Assembly (NCBI GenBank): GCA_016839805.1
Contig: JAEOTO010000031.1
Span: 96,001 to 160,000 of the forward strand
Length of the DNA stretch: 64,000 bases
DNA from: Candidatus Hermodarchaeota archaeon
Lineage (GTDB): Archaea > Asgardarchaeota > Hermodarchaeia > Hermodarchaeales > Hermodarchaeaceae
Direction: 5' to 3'
Each line of letters begins with the position of its first letter. The first letter of the stretch is position 1. Of this stretch, positions 49,006-59,906 are shown piece after piece. Both the position numbers and the translations under genes were made by a program. Below the pieces are notes generated by a model, which saw only the letters and a program-made list of their open reading frames with translations, ran no database searches and was not told the DNA's origin.

Positions 49006-50967
49006 TCACTTCGTTGGCGTAGCTAGAATAGTGGTTGTCCATTGATCAGGGAGACTGAGAGGTTTGTATTCATATCCGGTTCCTGCGTAGAATTTCAGGT
49101 AGGCTTCCACCCAATGCAAACGAAGGGTGTGGATAAAGGAGAGGAGACCTTCCATGAGGAGGACGAAGACGGTGCCGAGGAGGAGCATGCCAATGAGGGA
49201 GACGAGGAACATGAGGCCTTCTGCACCGAGTTGGGCGAGGATGCCGTTGATTTCGGCTGCGGCGACGCCTCCAATAAAGAGGAATGTCTTGGCGAATCCG
49301 GCGTGGGCCATGTTTAGGGCAAGAATTCGGGAGTAGCTGATGGTGTTGCTGATGCTTTCGATGAGTTTTTCGATGCCTTCCATGAAGCCTTCCATCATCC
49401 CGAAGACGACGATGCCACCGACGAACATGACTACAGCGGGTAATATAAGAAAGAGGACCATGTCGACGATTGGCCAGCTCATGAAGTTGATGCCATAGTT
49501 AAAAATCATATAGGCAAGACCCCAGAGGAAGAGGAGCCAGATAATTGGACCGAAGATGGCGTGTTTCCAGTCGCGGTGGCGGATTTTGTTGATAGCATCA
49601 ATCCCGATGGCAATGCTAAGGTGGATGAAGCCGATCATGATACTCATAACGAAGAGGAGCCAGGTGGGGCTCGCGATGGTTGGGGGAAGGTGTTCAGGCA
49701 TTTCAAAGGCGCTAAACCAGATAGGAGTGGTGTGGCCATGAGCGGGGTCCAGGATCCAGGCGTTGAAGGGACTATGCGGATCAATGAACCAGTTGATGCC
49801 GCCTTCAAAGTCGAAGAACCGGAAAAGACCTAGTAACAGATTCTTCATCGTCTCACCAAAAGGCGAATACTTGAGCTGCTGGTACACAAGGACCCCATTG
49901 ATTTGCAACCCAGTGATGTCAATGCCAAGAAATTCGCCATACAAGATGCCAAAAAAGACGGATGCAATCGCAATAACCATGATAAAGCCAGAGCCTTGGA
50001 TGAAGTAGTTGACCATTTCGCCCGCATCAACTTTGCGGCGTTTAGCTATGAACCCAAGCAGGGCAAAGAAAAAGAGGAGTATTCCGTGACCGATATCGCC
50101 AAACATGAGGCCAAAGATAATTGGGAAGCCGAGCATCATGAACCAGGTGGGGTCGATTTCTCTGTGGCTGGGATTGCCGAAGGCGTTGGTGAGTTTTTCG
50201 GCGCTGCGTGCCCAGCGTGAGTTTTTCTGTTGAGTGGGTGGAGCGGTTGGTTCTTCGGATTCGACGGCGCCTTCAAGTGGTCCGGTATCGGCGGGGTAGT
50301 GTCCGTGGGTGGGATGGTCGATATGTTTGTGGATTTCGATGGCGATGAGGTCGCTGTTATGTTGATCGATGGTTTTGGTGAATTGTTTAACTTTCTTTGA
50401 GGGTATCCACCCATACATGATGTAAGTGCGATGAGTTTTACCGAAGAGGGTTTTAGTTTCTTCAAGATCGTGTTCGCGTTTGACGATTTCTTCCCAGCCG
50501 AGGAGTTCACGGCGTTTCTCGTTGGCATAGGCTTCGATTTTCTTTTTGGTTGCTTTTTTTGCCTTCTTTTCTCCTGCGGTTTCAGCGGTTTCGAGCTCTT
50601 GGGTGAGGTCTTGAAAGTCATCTTCAATGTTTTTGAGGTGTTTTTCAACTGATTCAAAATAGGTTTGGTCAGGAACAGGGGGTACTTCTAATTTGTTTTT
50701 GATCTTTCCTCCACGGTATACTTTCATGTCACTGATGAGTGTACTGATACGTGTGAGAAGGTTGGAGAGGTAGTAGTAGCGTTCGGAGGGTTCTACTGGT
50801 TTGAGGGCTTTGAGATGCTTCTTTTTACTTTCTTTGACATCTGAAAAGTGTATGAGTTCTGTACTGGCAATAAGGCGTAGAGCTGTGTCTAGATTCGTGT
50901 CGAGGACTACGGCTGTGAAGTTACTCATTTTCGCTGGGAGCATCGGAGCCAATTTTTCCACCATCAA
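49006..50967 (-). CDS. atpI: A/V-type ATP synthase subunit I (a)
   Basis: GWIP, EIDPT....FP.IFGLMFGD.GHG, NTISYSRILAL (essential Arg), LRLHWVE..KFY.G.G..Y.P. Confidence 0.95.
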   Translation of the reverse strand: MMVEKLAPMLPAKMSNFTAVVLDTNLDTALRLIASTELIHFSDVKESKKKHLKALKPVEPSERYYYLSNLLTRISTLISDMKVYRGGKIKNKLEVPPVPDQTYFESVEKHLKNIEDDFQDLTQELETAETAGEKKAKKATKKKIEAYANEKRRELLGWEEIVKREHDLEETKTLFGKTHRTYIMYGWIPSKKVKQFTKTIDQHNSDLIAIEIHKHIDHPTHGHYPADTGPLEGAVESEEPTAPPTQQKNSRWARSAEKLTNAFGNPSHREIDPTWFMMLGFPIIFGLMFGDIGHGILLFFFALLGFIAKRRKVDAGEMVNYFIQGSGFIMVIAIASVFFGILYGEFLGIDITGLQINGVLVYQQLKYSPFGETMKNLLLGLFRFFDFEGGINWFIDPHSPFNAWILDPAHGHTTPIWFSAFEMPEHLPPTIASPTWLLFVMSIMIGFIHLSIAIGIDAINKIRHRDWKHAIFGPIIWLLFLWGLAYMIFNYGINFMSWPIVDMVLFLILPAVVMFVGGIVVFGMMEGFMEGIEKLIESISNTISYSRILALNMAHAGFAKTFLFIGGVAAAEINGILAQLGAEGLMFLVSLIGMLLLGTVFVLLMEGLLSFIHTLRLHWVEAYLKFYAGTGYEYKPLSLPDQWTTTILATPTK

Positions 50968-51246
50968 CGCTGAATTGCTTGTTTAGGAAATGAGGTACAC
51001 CAGTAACTGTGTGGGTAAAAAAGGCTTCCTCTTATTTGGGCTCTGCCGCTTGCCTTGCCCATAACATTTATGTGGAATACTGTAATCATCGAGCATTGGT
51101 GAAAGCCAATGGGGTATTTAGTTTGCAGTTAGCAGCACACTAGTAACAGGATACTCCATTTCGTTTTCGAAAATTTTTGTTAATCCCTTACAATCCTTTC
51201 TGAGTCAATGGAAGGGTTACAGAAAACCAAATGGAGGATTTCTGTC

Positions 51247-52746
51247 ATGACACAGTTGGCTCGTCGAACAAATTCGCATCAACAGGGTAAGAGCTCTGAT
51301 AAACAGCTTAGAATTTTTAATTCACTGACGAAGCGAAAGGAACAATTCGTTCCACTTGAGTCCGGTAAGGTTCGGATGTATACCTGTGGGTTGACTGTAA
51401 ATTATTTGATGCATATCGGTCATGCACGCACGTATATCTTCTGGGATATTGTTGAACGATTCTTGCGATACCTCAATTACGAGGTGAGCCACGTTTCAAA
51501 TGTAACAGATATCAGTGTCGATGATAACATCCTGAAACGGGTGAGCACGAATGATCAAACCTTCCAACAACTAGTGACCCGTTACACGCAAGACTACTAT
51601 CATGACCGTCATCTCCTGGGTATCGCAGATCCCTATACTTATGCCATTGCGACACAGCACATCCAAGAAATGATTGAACTCATACAACGACTCCTTGACA
51701 GAGGCTTTGCTTATGAAGCAGATGATGGAGTATACTTCCGAATCGATGTCTTTCCCAAATATGGGCAGCTATCAGGGATCGACCCTAATACCCTTCAAGC
51801 AGGAGCAGGAGGTCGCATCGACAAGGATGAATATGATAAGGAGACTGTTGGTGATTTTGTCCTCTGGAAACGTACCAAACCCAGTGAGCCATTTTGGTAC
51901 AGTCCCTGGGGACCTGGTCGACCAGGCTGGCACATTGAATGCAGCGCTATGTCAGCTAAGTACCTGGGTCAAACTATCGATGTCTCCGGTGGAGGTGAGG
52001 ATAATATCTTTCCTCACCACGAAAATTCGATTGCCCAAAGCGAAGCAGCCAATGGAACTCCCTATGTGCGTTATTGGATGCACGTTCGACATCTCCAACT
52101 AGATGGTGAAAAAATGTCCAAGTCGACAGGGAATTTTTTGACCGTCCGAGAAACTTTGAATCAATACAGTGCTGCTACTCTCCGTCTTTTCCTCCTCAGT
52201 ACTCACTATCGGAAACCGCTAAGATTCAAAGACACGACCATTCATCGAAGCCAAAGACGAATCGATCGACTTCGCCAGGTTCTATCTCGACTTCAAGCCA
52301 TTAATGAAGGAAAAGCAAAACCGAGTCACGCTGAGAAGCAGATACTTAGTTCCCTACAAGAGGCTAAGCAATCTTTTGAATCAGCTCTTCTAGATGACTT
52401 CAATACCGGACGAGCTATCAATCATCTTTTTCGGTTTGTTAACTTAGTCCATTCCTTCCTTGATACACGAAATAACATTGCCAATAATACTGTACGAGAT
52501 TTGTTGACATTCTTTGAAAGCGTAGGTTCTGTATTATTTGGGGACCTTTATACTCGTGAGATAGATGTGAAACCGGATCCAGTTGTATCAAGGCTAGTTG
52601 GATTGTTGTTACAAGAGCGGGAACAGTATCGGCATCAACACCAATATCAGCAGGCGGATAGGATTCGCACTGTCCTGTCTGAGTTAGGGTTTGAAATTAC
52701 TGACACGAAATCGGGAATTCGATGGTGGATAAAGTCGAAAGCCTGA
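51247..52746 (+). CDS. cysS: Cysteine--tRNA ligase
   Basis: [48 protein letters not shown]. Confidence 0.97.
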   Translation: MTQLARRTNSHQQGKSSDKQLRIFNSLTKRKEQFVPLESGKVRMYTCGLTVNYLMHIGHARTYIFWDIVERFLRYLNYEVSHVSNVTDISVDDNILKRVSTNDQTFQQLVTRYTQDYYHDRHLLGIADPYTYAIATQHIQEMIELIQRLLDRGFAYEADDGVYFRIDVFPKYGQLSGIDPNTLQAGAGGRIDKDEYDKETVGDFVLWKRTKPSEPFWYSPWGPGRPGWHIECSAMSAKYLGQTIDVSGGGEDNIFPHHENSIAQSEAANGTPYVRYWMHVRHLQLDGEKMSKSTGNFLTVRETLNQYSAATLRLFLLSTHYRKPLRFKDTTIHRSQRRIDRLRQVLSRLQAINEGKAKPSHAEKQILSSLQEAKQSFESALLDDFNTGRAINHLFRFVNLVHSFLDTRNNIANNTVRDLLTFFESVGSVLFGDLYTREIDVKPDPVVSRLVGLLLQEREQYRHQHQYQQADRIRTVLSELGFEITDTKSGIRWWIKSKA

Positions 52747-52763
52747 AAATAAAAAAGATATGA

Positions 52764-52789
52764 TGCGTCCACCTTCCTTGGTGGGCGCA
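52764..52789. terminator. Hairpin between the convergent cysS and nuoN-like genes
   Basis: TGCGTCCACC-TTCCTT-GGTGGGCGCA. Confidence 0.5.
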
Positions 52790-52798
52790 CTATTACCA

Positions 52799-54424
52799 TT
52801 ATGGAATCAATCCTAGAACGCTTTGGGCTGCTAAGGTTGCCGCGTTCAGGAAGAATGTGGGGAAGAGTCCTATGCCTATGATGAAGATCATTAGAACGCC
52901 AATGGCAAAGAGTAAGAGTGGATGAGCTTCCTTTGCAGTAGCTGCTTCTGGGCTGGGTTCTGAGAAGACAAGGATTTGTATCATGCGCAAGTAATAGACG
53001 ACGCTGAAGGCGCTCATGAGTACTAGGAAAATTGTTGCGATGTAGGTTCCTGCAACGATGGAACCCCAGATGATGTAGAATTTGCTGTAGAATCCAATGA
53101 GTGGTGGGACGCCAGCTAATGAGAGGGCGGCGATTGTGAAGCAGAACATAGTGAACGGCATGCGCCGACCGGCTCCACGGAGTTTGTCTAGGTCCCGGGT
53201 GTGTAGGGTATGCAAGAATATGCCAGAGATCAAGAAGAGCATGCCTTTAGCAAGCATATGACTGGTGATGTGGAATAAACTGCCAGTGACAGAATATATC
53301 AGGGCATTTTCGTAGGTTCCGGCTGGATAGGGTGGACTGGGGAAGAAGAAGGGTATCAAGGCAATGCTGAAGCCAAAGATGATGTATCCAACGTTTACAA
53401 TTGTCGAGTATGCAAGTAACCGTTTAAGGTCTTTTTGAGTGAGTGCCATTAGGTTCCCGTAGATCATGGTGAAGAGGGCAAACCAGTTAAGTATCGTCCC
53501 ATAGTAAACGAAGGTATAGGGATTATAGAAGAGGACGAGAAGACGAATGATGGCATAGCTTCCAGTCATGATGACAACGCCACTAAGCATAGCACTAATC
53601 CCACTGGGGGCAGCAGGATGGGCATCTGGGAGCCAAGTGGCGAGTGGTGCAATTGCCGCTTTGACACCAAAACCGATGACTAAACCTACAATTGTGAATA
53701 CAAGTAGTCCGTAAAGCGGGGATGTGACGGTTGGGGCGAGTGTAACGAGAATGCTTCCGATTTCATAGAGGTTAATTGTACCAGTTATGCCATAGAGGAT
53801 AGACATGGTGAAGAGGATTAACGTCGATCCGACGGCACTTAGTAATAGGTATTTGATGCCTGCTTCCAGTGGTTCGGCTTCGTCTCTGCGGAATGCAACT
53901 AATACATAGCTGCTTATCGACATGGTTTCCCAGAAGATAAAGAGGGTGAAGAAGTCGCCAGCCATGACGACACCAATCATTCCGCCCACAAGTGTAAGGA
54001 GAAGTCCATAGTACAGGGAGAGTCGGGTGTCATGTTCCATGTACTTAATCGAGTAGAGGGAAACAAAGAACGCTAGGAACGAAAAGATTACTGCCATGAA
54101 AACCGTAAATAGATCTATTCGAAAGAAGGTGGCTCCTGTCGTGGCATCATATGCACCTGGAGGCCAATACCAGATGTTAATGGGGTTAAATCCATTATTG
54201 ACAATTTGATACCAAAGCCCATAGGTGGTTCCCCAAGGGGTTACGATGGGAAAGGGTAGAACTAGAAACAGTATACCAATGAAAAAGAAAAGGGCTGAAA
54301 GTGCTCCCATAGCCACTTTTGCTCGTTCCTTTGTGAATCTACCGAGCAAGGCGATGATAAGTCCTCCAACGAAGAGTATCCACAGGGGGATTAGTTGAAT
54401 CCATTCTAAAGGTCCGATAGCCAT
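52799..54424 (-). CDS. nuoN: Antiporter-like membrane subunit (NuoN/MrpD-like)
   Basis: FIFWE, EAGIKY, GFGVKA..P...WLPDAHP.APS.ISA.LSG, KRLLAYS, L.GVPPL.GF.SK. Confidence 0.8.
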   Translation of the reverse strand: MAIGPLEWIQLIPLWILFVGGLIIALLGRFTKERAKVAMGALSALFFFIGILFLVLPFPIVTPWGTTYGLWYQIVNNGFNPINIWYWPPGAYDATTGATFFRIDLFTVFMAVIFSFLAFFVSLYSIKYMEHDTRLSLYYGLLLTLVGGMIGVVMAGDFFTLFIFWETMSISSYVLVAFRRDEAEPLEAGIKYLLLSAVGSTLILFTMSILYGITGTINLYEIGSILVTLAPTVTSPLYGLLVFTIVGLVIGFGVKAAIAPLATWLPDAHPAAPSGISAMLSGVVIMTGSYAIIRLLVLFYNPYTFVYYGTILNWFALFTMIYGNLMALTQKDLKRLLAYSTIVNVGYIIFGFSIALIPFFFPSPPYPAGTYENALIYSVTGSLFHITSHMLAKGMLFLISGIFLHTLHTRDLDKLRGAGRRMPFTMFCFTIAALSLAGVPPLIGFYSKFYIIWGSIVAGTYIATIFLVLMSAFSVVYYLRMIQILVFSEPSPEAATAKEAHPLLLFAIGVLMIFIIGIGLFPTFFLNAATLAAQSVLGLIP

Positions 54425-54440
54425 CTTTTTTCAACCTCCA

Positions 54441-55967
54441 TTATGGGGGAACCATGGGTAGAAGTGGTGGTAGCGCAGTGAATAGCGGATTGAGTACGAT
54501 TGCAGGCCAAATTCCTAGTACGATGATGAGGGCAGCCAGTATAATCATAGGAATGCGCATAGTCCAGGGGCTGTCCGTAGTGTTTTCTAACTCGGTGGGA
54601 GTGGTACCGAAGAAAACGCGTTTGAAAAACCAGAGGATGTAAGCTGCTGTAATGGCAGTGGATGCCACAGCAAACATCACTAAGAGAACAGTATAGCCAA
54701 GGGCACCGCCAGCGAATATTATCCATTCAGAGGCAAATCCTGCTAATGGCGGTGTTCCTGCGATGCTTAGTCCAGCGATCAGGGCGATTGTAGCTGTCCA
54801 AGGCATCTTCTTAGCAAGGCCACCCATGGCATTGGCATCACGACCGCGAGTATGGCCAATTTGAAGAATTAGGACACCAGCGACCATAAACAAGAGACCC
54901 TTGCCGAGGGCATGAGTGAAGATATGGAAGGTGGCACCGATTACACCCAGAAGGACTGCTGTTCCTAAGCCAAAGAAGATGTAACCCATCTGAGAAACCG
55001 AAGAATAGGCGAAGAGACGTTTCGTGTCCTTTTGAGCTAAGGCCATAATACCACCATATAGCATGGTAATTAGCCCAAAGATCATTAGGATGAGGGTAAA
55101 AGCTCCATAGGCTGGGAGCATGAATGTCATTAGAACCCGAACCATTGCATAGGCTGCGGTTTCAATCATTACACCTGACAAGATGACGCTAATTGGTGTG
55201 GGAGCTTCGGCGTGGGCGTCGGGTAGCCAGGTGTGCAGTGGGAAAATTGCCATTTTCACAGCAAAGCCAATTGTAAGCAAGATGACAATGACTTTTGTAA
55301 TTTCAAAGGCAAGGAGTTGAGCGGAATTAGCTAAAGGCCAGATCCAGGAGAGGTCAATGGTTGATCCGAGAAGTGATGACATGTTCAGAGTGGGATTGCC
55401 ACCAAGGTTTGAAAGAGACCACATGCCAGCGATGCCAACGATAATTAGGACAGCCCCAATGTGCGTGAAGATGAAGTACTTGAGAGCAATGCTTGTTGAT
55501 TGGGGTTTCGTTCCCCATTCTGCGATAAGGAAGTAGCTGGGTATGAGCATGAGCTCCCAGAGAATGTAAAACTGGAAGAGGTTTGTCGCCATGACTACAC
55601 CAAGTATGCCAGCGTTGTATAGGAGCAGGAGGGCGAAGTATCGGCTTTTTCCGTGTTCCTTTTTCATGTAGGCGATTGAGTAGCTGGTAGCAGCAGTGGT
55701 TAGAATTAAAACGATTCCTGCAACGGTTACGCTAAGTCCATCAAGAAGCCAGCCAAAGGCGAATGGTCCCCAGAAGAAGCCTTCAACGTAATAACCAACG
55801 GTTATAACTTCCCACCAGGCTAAGCCGAAGGTGACTACGCAAGCGAGCATGATGAGGAGGGAGAAGTAACCAGAATATTGGCCATTGCGTCGACCAATAA
55901 TCCAAGCGATTGGTGCGCCGATAATCATAAGCAACATGGTGAATGTTAGATACCAGAAGAAAGCCAT
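54441..55967 (-). CDS. nuoM: Antiporter-like membrane subunit NuoM
   Basis: LDGLS, FYILWELMLIPSY, GFAVK..FPLHTWLPDAHAEAPT, G.P.LAGF.SE. Confidence 0.88.
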   Translation of the reverse strand: MAFFWYLTFTMLLMIIGAPIAWIIGRRNGQYSGYFSLLIMLACVVTFGLAWWEVITVGYYVEGFFWGPFAFGWLLDGLSVTVAGIVLILTTAATSYSIAYMKKEHGKSRYFALLLLYNAGILGVVMATNLFQFYILWELMLIPSYFLIAEWGTKPQSTSIALKYFIFTHIGAVLIIVGIAGMWSLSNLGGNPTLNMSSLLGSTIDLSWIWPLANSAQLLAFEITKVIVILLTIGFAVKMAIFPLHTWLPDAHAEAPTPISVILSGVMIETAAYAMVRVLMTFMLPAYGAFTLILMIFGLITMLYGGIMALAQKDTKRLFAYSSVSQMGYIFFGLGTAVLLGVIGATFHIFTHALGKGLLFMVAGVLILQIGHTRGRDANAMGGLAKKMPWTATIALIAGLSIAGTPPLAGFASEWIIFAGGALGYTVLLVMFAVASTAITAAYILWFFKRVFFGTTPTELENTTDSPWTMRIPMIILAALIIVLGIWPAIVLNPLFTALPPLLPMVPP

Positions 55968-55978
55968 TTTTGTTCACC

Positions 55979-58135
55979 TCATGGGAAGAAGGGAAGAGGA
56001 ATTAGCAGTACGCCTCCTAGGAACTGAAACAGGAGGATTAAGACGAGGAACATTACTGCACCGATGAGCAGCAGAATCATGTTCCAGCTGTGGACACCGG
56101 TTTGTATTCGACGCCAGCGGCGGCTCAGACCCATCGCGCCATCCGCTAGGACATAATTGAATTTGTCAATGCCTTTAGCTTCGATGTTACTGAACATGCC
56201 CCGGGTGAATGCAAGTCCACCTGAGACGAAGATCTTGTACATGGCGGCGTTCCAGTACCAGCGGTTATACAGGAAGGTGTGGATACGGCCCAGAAAACCA
56301 CGACCCACGAAGTCTGGACTCCAGCTCCGCCGGATATAGAACATGTACCCCAGGAACCCACCAACGAAGAGTACACCAAGGGTAATAAGAAAGGTTGGGG
56401 ATGCGAACACTTCCTGGAAGTAGTGAATGTACATAGTAAGAAGATCAGACAAGTGTGGCGCATGTGGGATTGATGGATATGTATTTTGCCAGAAGGCAAA
56501 GAAGAACTGTTTCAGGAAAGGTTCAAGGAAACCAATAACGACTGTTGCAGCAGCTAGGATCGCTAATGGCACCCACATAACGGCTGGGGCCTCATGAACG
56601 GGTTTTCCTTCTGCTGTAAGGTCTTTGACATTTTTACTGGGTTCACCCAGGAAAGTCATTCCAATCATTCGGAGACTGTAGAAGAACGTGAGAATACCTG
56701 TGAGGGCTCCGAAGAACAGGAAGATCCAGCCCCATAAACTGCCTAAATTAAAGCCAAGGAACCAGGCCGATGCAAAGATCGCTTCTTTACTCCAGAATCC
56801 GCTGAATGGTGGAAATCCACTGAGAGCAAGAGCTCCAATAACCATAACTACAAAGGTTATGGGCATGGCTTTACGGATTCCACCCATATCATCCATGTAT
56901 TTACTGTGAACCGCGTGAAGCACAGCACCAGCAGAGAGGAAGAGCAGAGCTTTGAAGACAGCATGCGCGGCAAGATGGAAGACACCAGCTGTGTATCCGA
57001 GGGCTCCTTCAGCTGTAAAGGCGAAGATGCCGATTGCCATGAACATATAGCCAAGTTGACTTATAGTGCTGAATGCAAGGACTTTCTTTAATTCCCTGGA
57101 AACAAGAGCCATCGTGGCGGCCATAAAGGCTGTAAATGTACCGATAACAGCTATGATTAGGAAGAAGTTCACGAGAACCAACTGGGCAATTGGAACAGCA
57201 ACTTGGTAGAAGCCTTCAACTAAGATTGGCGCCATACGAGCAATCAGATACACTCCAGCTTTCACCATAGCCGCAGCGTGAATAAGCGCAGATACTGTAG
57301 TGGGACCAGCCATTGCCTCTGGAAGCCAGAATTGTAAGGGGAATTGAGCACTTTTTCCGATAGGACCAAGGAAAAAGAGGAGTAAGACAACAAACATCAA
57401 AACGCCATTCAAAAACAGGGCCATGTTACCAAGCCAAGCAAAATCGGAGAGTAGGACTTGGTAGTTGAAGGTAGGATTCCCAACAGAGACTGTAAAGAAG
57501 AAGATAAAGATGATAGAAATGAGAAGCCCTACATCCCCAACGCGTGTGACAACAAAGGCTTTCATACCACTATGAGAGTTAAGCTTGCCTTCAGTGACTT
57601 CGCCTAGTTGGTCATCATAGACCATGTTGGGTCTGTTATACCAGAAGCCAATTAGGGCATAGGAACAGAGCCCGACAATTTCCCAGCCAATAAAAGTTTG
57701 GAGCAGGTTATTAGCCATGACGAGGAGGACCATGCCACCGACGAAGAGCTGCATGAAAAACCAGTACCGAGTCAGAGAGGGGTCTCCATGCATATAACCC
57801 AGACTGTACACAAGGATGAGAAAGCTAACACCAGTAGCAACACAGGCCATGAAAACTGATAACGGATCGACCAAGACTCCCCATTCAAGAGTTGTGAAAC
57901 CCGGGATAGAGATCCATGGTATAGCCTCTTCATACCAAAGCATTGGTGGAGCGTTTATCCAAGCAGCTCCTGACAAGATATCGGGGATCATGGAGAATGC
58001 CATGACCATACCGAGGAAGCCAAAAAGGATGGCTCCATAGTCACGAAGTTTAGGATGGAATTTCGCAAAGATCGGCGTAAGCAATGCCCCAATCAAGGGG
58101 AACAACCAGCAAAGCCATGCAGCGTATGGTAGCAT
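55979..58135 (-). CDS. nuoL: Antiporter-like membrane subunit NuoL
   Basis: DPLS, YS.GYM.GD, GWE.VGLCSY.LIGFW, KSAQFPL..WLP.AMAGPT.VSALIHAA.MV.AG, C-terminal lateral helix. Confidence 0.92.
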   Translation of the reverse strand: MLPYAAWLCWLFPLIGALLTPIFAKFHPKLRDYGAILFGFLGMVMAFSMIPDILSGAAWINAPPMLWYEEAIPWISIPGFTTLEWGVLVDPLSVFMACVATGVSFLILVYSLGYMHGDPSLTRYWFFMQLFVGGMVLLVMANNLLQTFIGWEIVGLCSYALIGFWYNRPNMVYDDQLGEVTEGKLNSHSGMKAFVVTRVGDVGLLISIIFIFFFTVSVGNPTFNYQVLLSDFAWLGNMALFLNGVLMFVVLLLFFLGPIGKSAQFPLQFWLPEAMAGPTTVSALIHAAAMVKAGVYLIARMAPILVEGFYQVAVPIAQLVLVNFFLIIAVIGTFTAFMAATMALVSRELKKVLAFSTISQLGYMFMAIGIFAFTAEGALGYTAGVFHLAAHAVFKALLFLSAGAVLHAVHSKYMDDMGGIRKAMPITFVVMVIGALALSGFPPFSGFWSKEAIFASAWFLGFNLGSLWGWIFLFFGALTGILTFFYSLRMIGMTFLGEPSKNVKDLTAEGKPVHEAPAVMWVPLAILAAATVVIGFLEPFLKQFFFAFWQNTYPSIPHAPHLSDLLTMYIHYFQEVFASPTFLITLGVLFVGGFLGYMFYIRRSWSPDFVGRGFLGRIHTFLYNRWYWNAAMYKIFVSGGLAFTRGMFSNIEAKGIDKFNYVLADGAMGLSRRWRRIQTGVHSWNMILLLIGAVMFLVLILLFQFLGGVLLIPLPFFP

Positions 58136-58155
58136 TTTTCTCTTTCACCCCAGCG

Positions 58156-58491
58156 TTAATGACGTAATTTGTTGAGTTTCCGGATATCCAATGTTCCGAA
58201 TTTATTGTAGGCTCGAATAATGAACGCGAGCCCAATAGCAATCACACCACCACCAATACAGATACTGATGATGACGATTGCTTGAGCCATCAAATCGATA
58301 TAGAACCCAGACCAGGCAATAGCAAACGTGACGAAGTTGAGATGAGCCCCGTCGAGTAATAATTCTAAAGCAATGATGAACTTAATCATGTTACGTTTTG
58401 TTGCCATCCCGTAGATACCAATCGCATACAGAATTACAGCAACTATCAGAAAGACTTGAATGGGAACTCCTAAGAGATCTAGGTACGACAA
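58156..58491 (-). CDS. nuoK: NuoK-like subunit
   Basis: LYAIGIYG...KRN.IK....ELLL....LNF; IGLA.II..Y...GT.DI..L..L. Confidence 0.88.
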   Translation of the reverse strand: MSYLDLLGVPIQVFLIVAVILYAIGIYGMATKRNMIKFIIALELLLDGAHLNFVTFAIAWSGFYIDLMAQAIVIISICIGGGVIAIGLAFIIRAYNKFGTLDIRKLNKLRH

Positions 58492-58497
58492 TTCGAT

Positions 58498-58797
58498 TTA
58501 CTCCTTCTCCTTCTTTTCGCTTGCTTCACTTGGCACCTCATGGAAGAAAGCCGAGGCAGCTAAAGCGGCGACGAATAAGAATACGGCTTGTAACACCATA
58601 TCGATGCCACGATAATGCCACAACATATCGCCAAGTCTATGAATCATTTCGTAAACAATATCAGGCTGGACGAATCGATTAAGTGGAATTGGGGCTGGCG
58701 GTACAAGCACAACTCCAGGAAGTCCCATACTAATCACGTATGCCATGATAATTCCAAAAAACAATGTAAGAATAAATCCAGCCACTTTAATTCTCAT
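58498..58797 (-). CDS. NuoJ C-terminal-half-like (split) subunit
   Basis: LG.MLW.YRG.D...QA..LFVA...A; lies between the NuoJ N-terminal part and NuoK. Confidence 0.65.
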   Translation of the reverse strand: MRIKVAGFILTLFFGIIMAYVISMGLPGVVLVPPAPIPLNRFVQPDIVYEMIHRLGDMLWHYRGIDMVLQAVFLFVAALAASAFFHEVPSEASEKKEKE

Positions 58798-59150
58798 TAG
58801 ACATCCTCCTCTTCGACTTCACCAGTCCCACGACGCGTTGTAAGCGACACCGCTGCAACCAGTAAAATACTCACAGCACCAGCATACACCGCTAGCTGGA
58901 AGAAGGCGACCCATGGTGCGAAAAGTGCCAGGTAGATTAGGGCTAAAGCGATGGCCGAGCCAGCGAGGTAGAGGGCAGCGTGTAAGAGGTCTTTATCTTC
59001 GATTGCCAGCACTGCAAAGATTACAACCATTATTAGGAGACCATAAATTGAATATCCGGCGAATCCCGGAATTAGCATAATTAAGAATAATACAATGGCT
59101 ACTGCTATGATAGCAAGTAAACCAACGAAGATTGTTCGGGACATAGACAT
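58797..59150 (-). CDS. nuoJ: NuoJ N-terminal-half-like subunit
   Basis: KDLLHAALYL.....LA.IY..L.AP.VA.FQL.VY.GAV..L; likely start is the ATG at 59150. Confidence 0.8.
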   Translation of the reverse strand: MSMSRTIFVGLLAIIAVAIVLFLIMLIPGFAGYSIYGLLIMVVIFAVLAIEDKDLLHAALYLAGSAIALALIYLALFAPWVAFFQLAVYAGAVSILLVAAVSLTTRRGTGEVEEEDV

Positions 59151-59342
59151 CGTTGGACGCTCCGTCTGGGTGACTGGAGTAGTTAGACTCGCTTTTTCCT
59201 TGCTTCTGCTTAAAAGTGTAGCTACAAGTTTGACTTTTTTTGCTTCGAGGGATATTTTGGAATAAATTTGGGCTGAGTATTGAGAAAGGTAAATACGTGA
59301 AGACCCACCTGATGGCAAGTAGAATTAATTCGTTAGGAAGGA

Positions 59343-59906
59343 TTGCCTATCGTTCAGTTACCACCAGTGATTTCTGTATTCGGATACAAAGATTCAGGGA
59401 AAACCACAGTTACCACAGGGATCATTAATCATCTTCACGAGCAGCGTCATCGGATTTTGAGCGCGAAACATGTCGGCGAACCGCATTTTTCTCTCGATAG
59501 CCCAGGGACTGACTCCTATCGACATTTAGAAGCTGGTGCTGTGGCAACGGTTCTGCAAAGTGAATCTTCAGCGTCACTTTTATTCAAAGAGCCGATAACC
59601 GACATTAGAGAATTATTACATCGAGGTGTAAAAGCGGTTTCAGCTGATGTGATTGTTCTCGAAGGGTTTCGGTTCTGGACCCAGAAGCATGCCCAAATTG
59701 CAAAAATCATCTGTATCCGAACCCTTGATGAAATAACTGAGTTTCAAGCAGAGACTGTTGGACCCATTCTTGGGCAATGCACATTAAATCCTGAGATTAC
59801 TACGGTGATTCAAATCCCTGATGAATTTCCTTTCCTCCTCGAAGCTACTGATAATTGGCTTCTAACAGCACCCAAAATTACCCTTGGTGAAAAAAATGGC
59901 TTCTGA
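59343..59906 (+). CDS. mobB: Molybdopterin-guanine dinucleotide biosynthesis protein B
   Basis: GYKDSGKTT, KH.....D.PGTDSYRH..AGA, D..VLEGF. Confidence 0.88.
   Translation: MPIVQLPPVISVFGYKDSGKTTVTTGIINHLHEQRHRILSAKHVGEPHFSLDSPGTDSYRHLEAGAVATVLQSESSASLLFKEPITDIRELLHRGVKAVSADVIVLEGFRFWTQKHAQIAKIICIRTLDEITEFQAETVGPILGQCTLNPEITTVIQIPDEFPFLLEATDNWLLTAPKITLGEKNGF

Noticed and set aside
50136-50657. 173-aa alternative-frame ORF within atpI
   Set aside because: A by-product of the strong local base skew; it overlaps a well-supported gene
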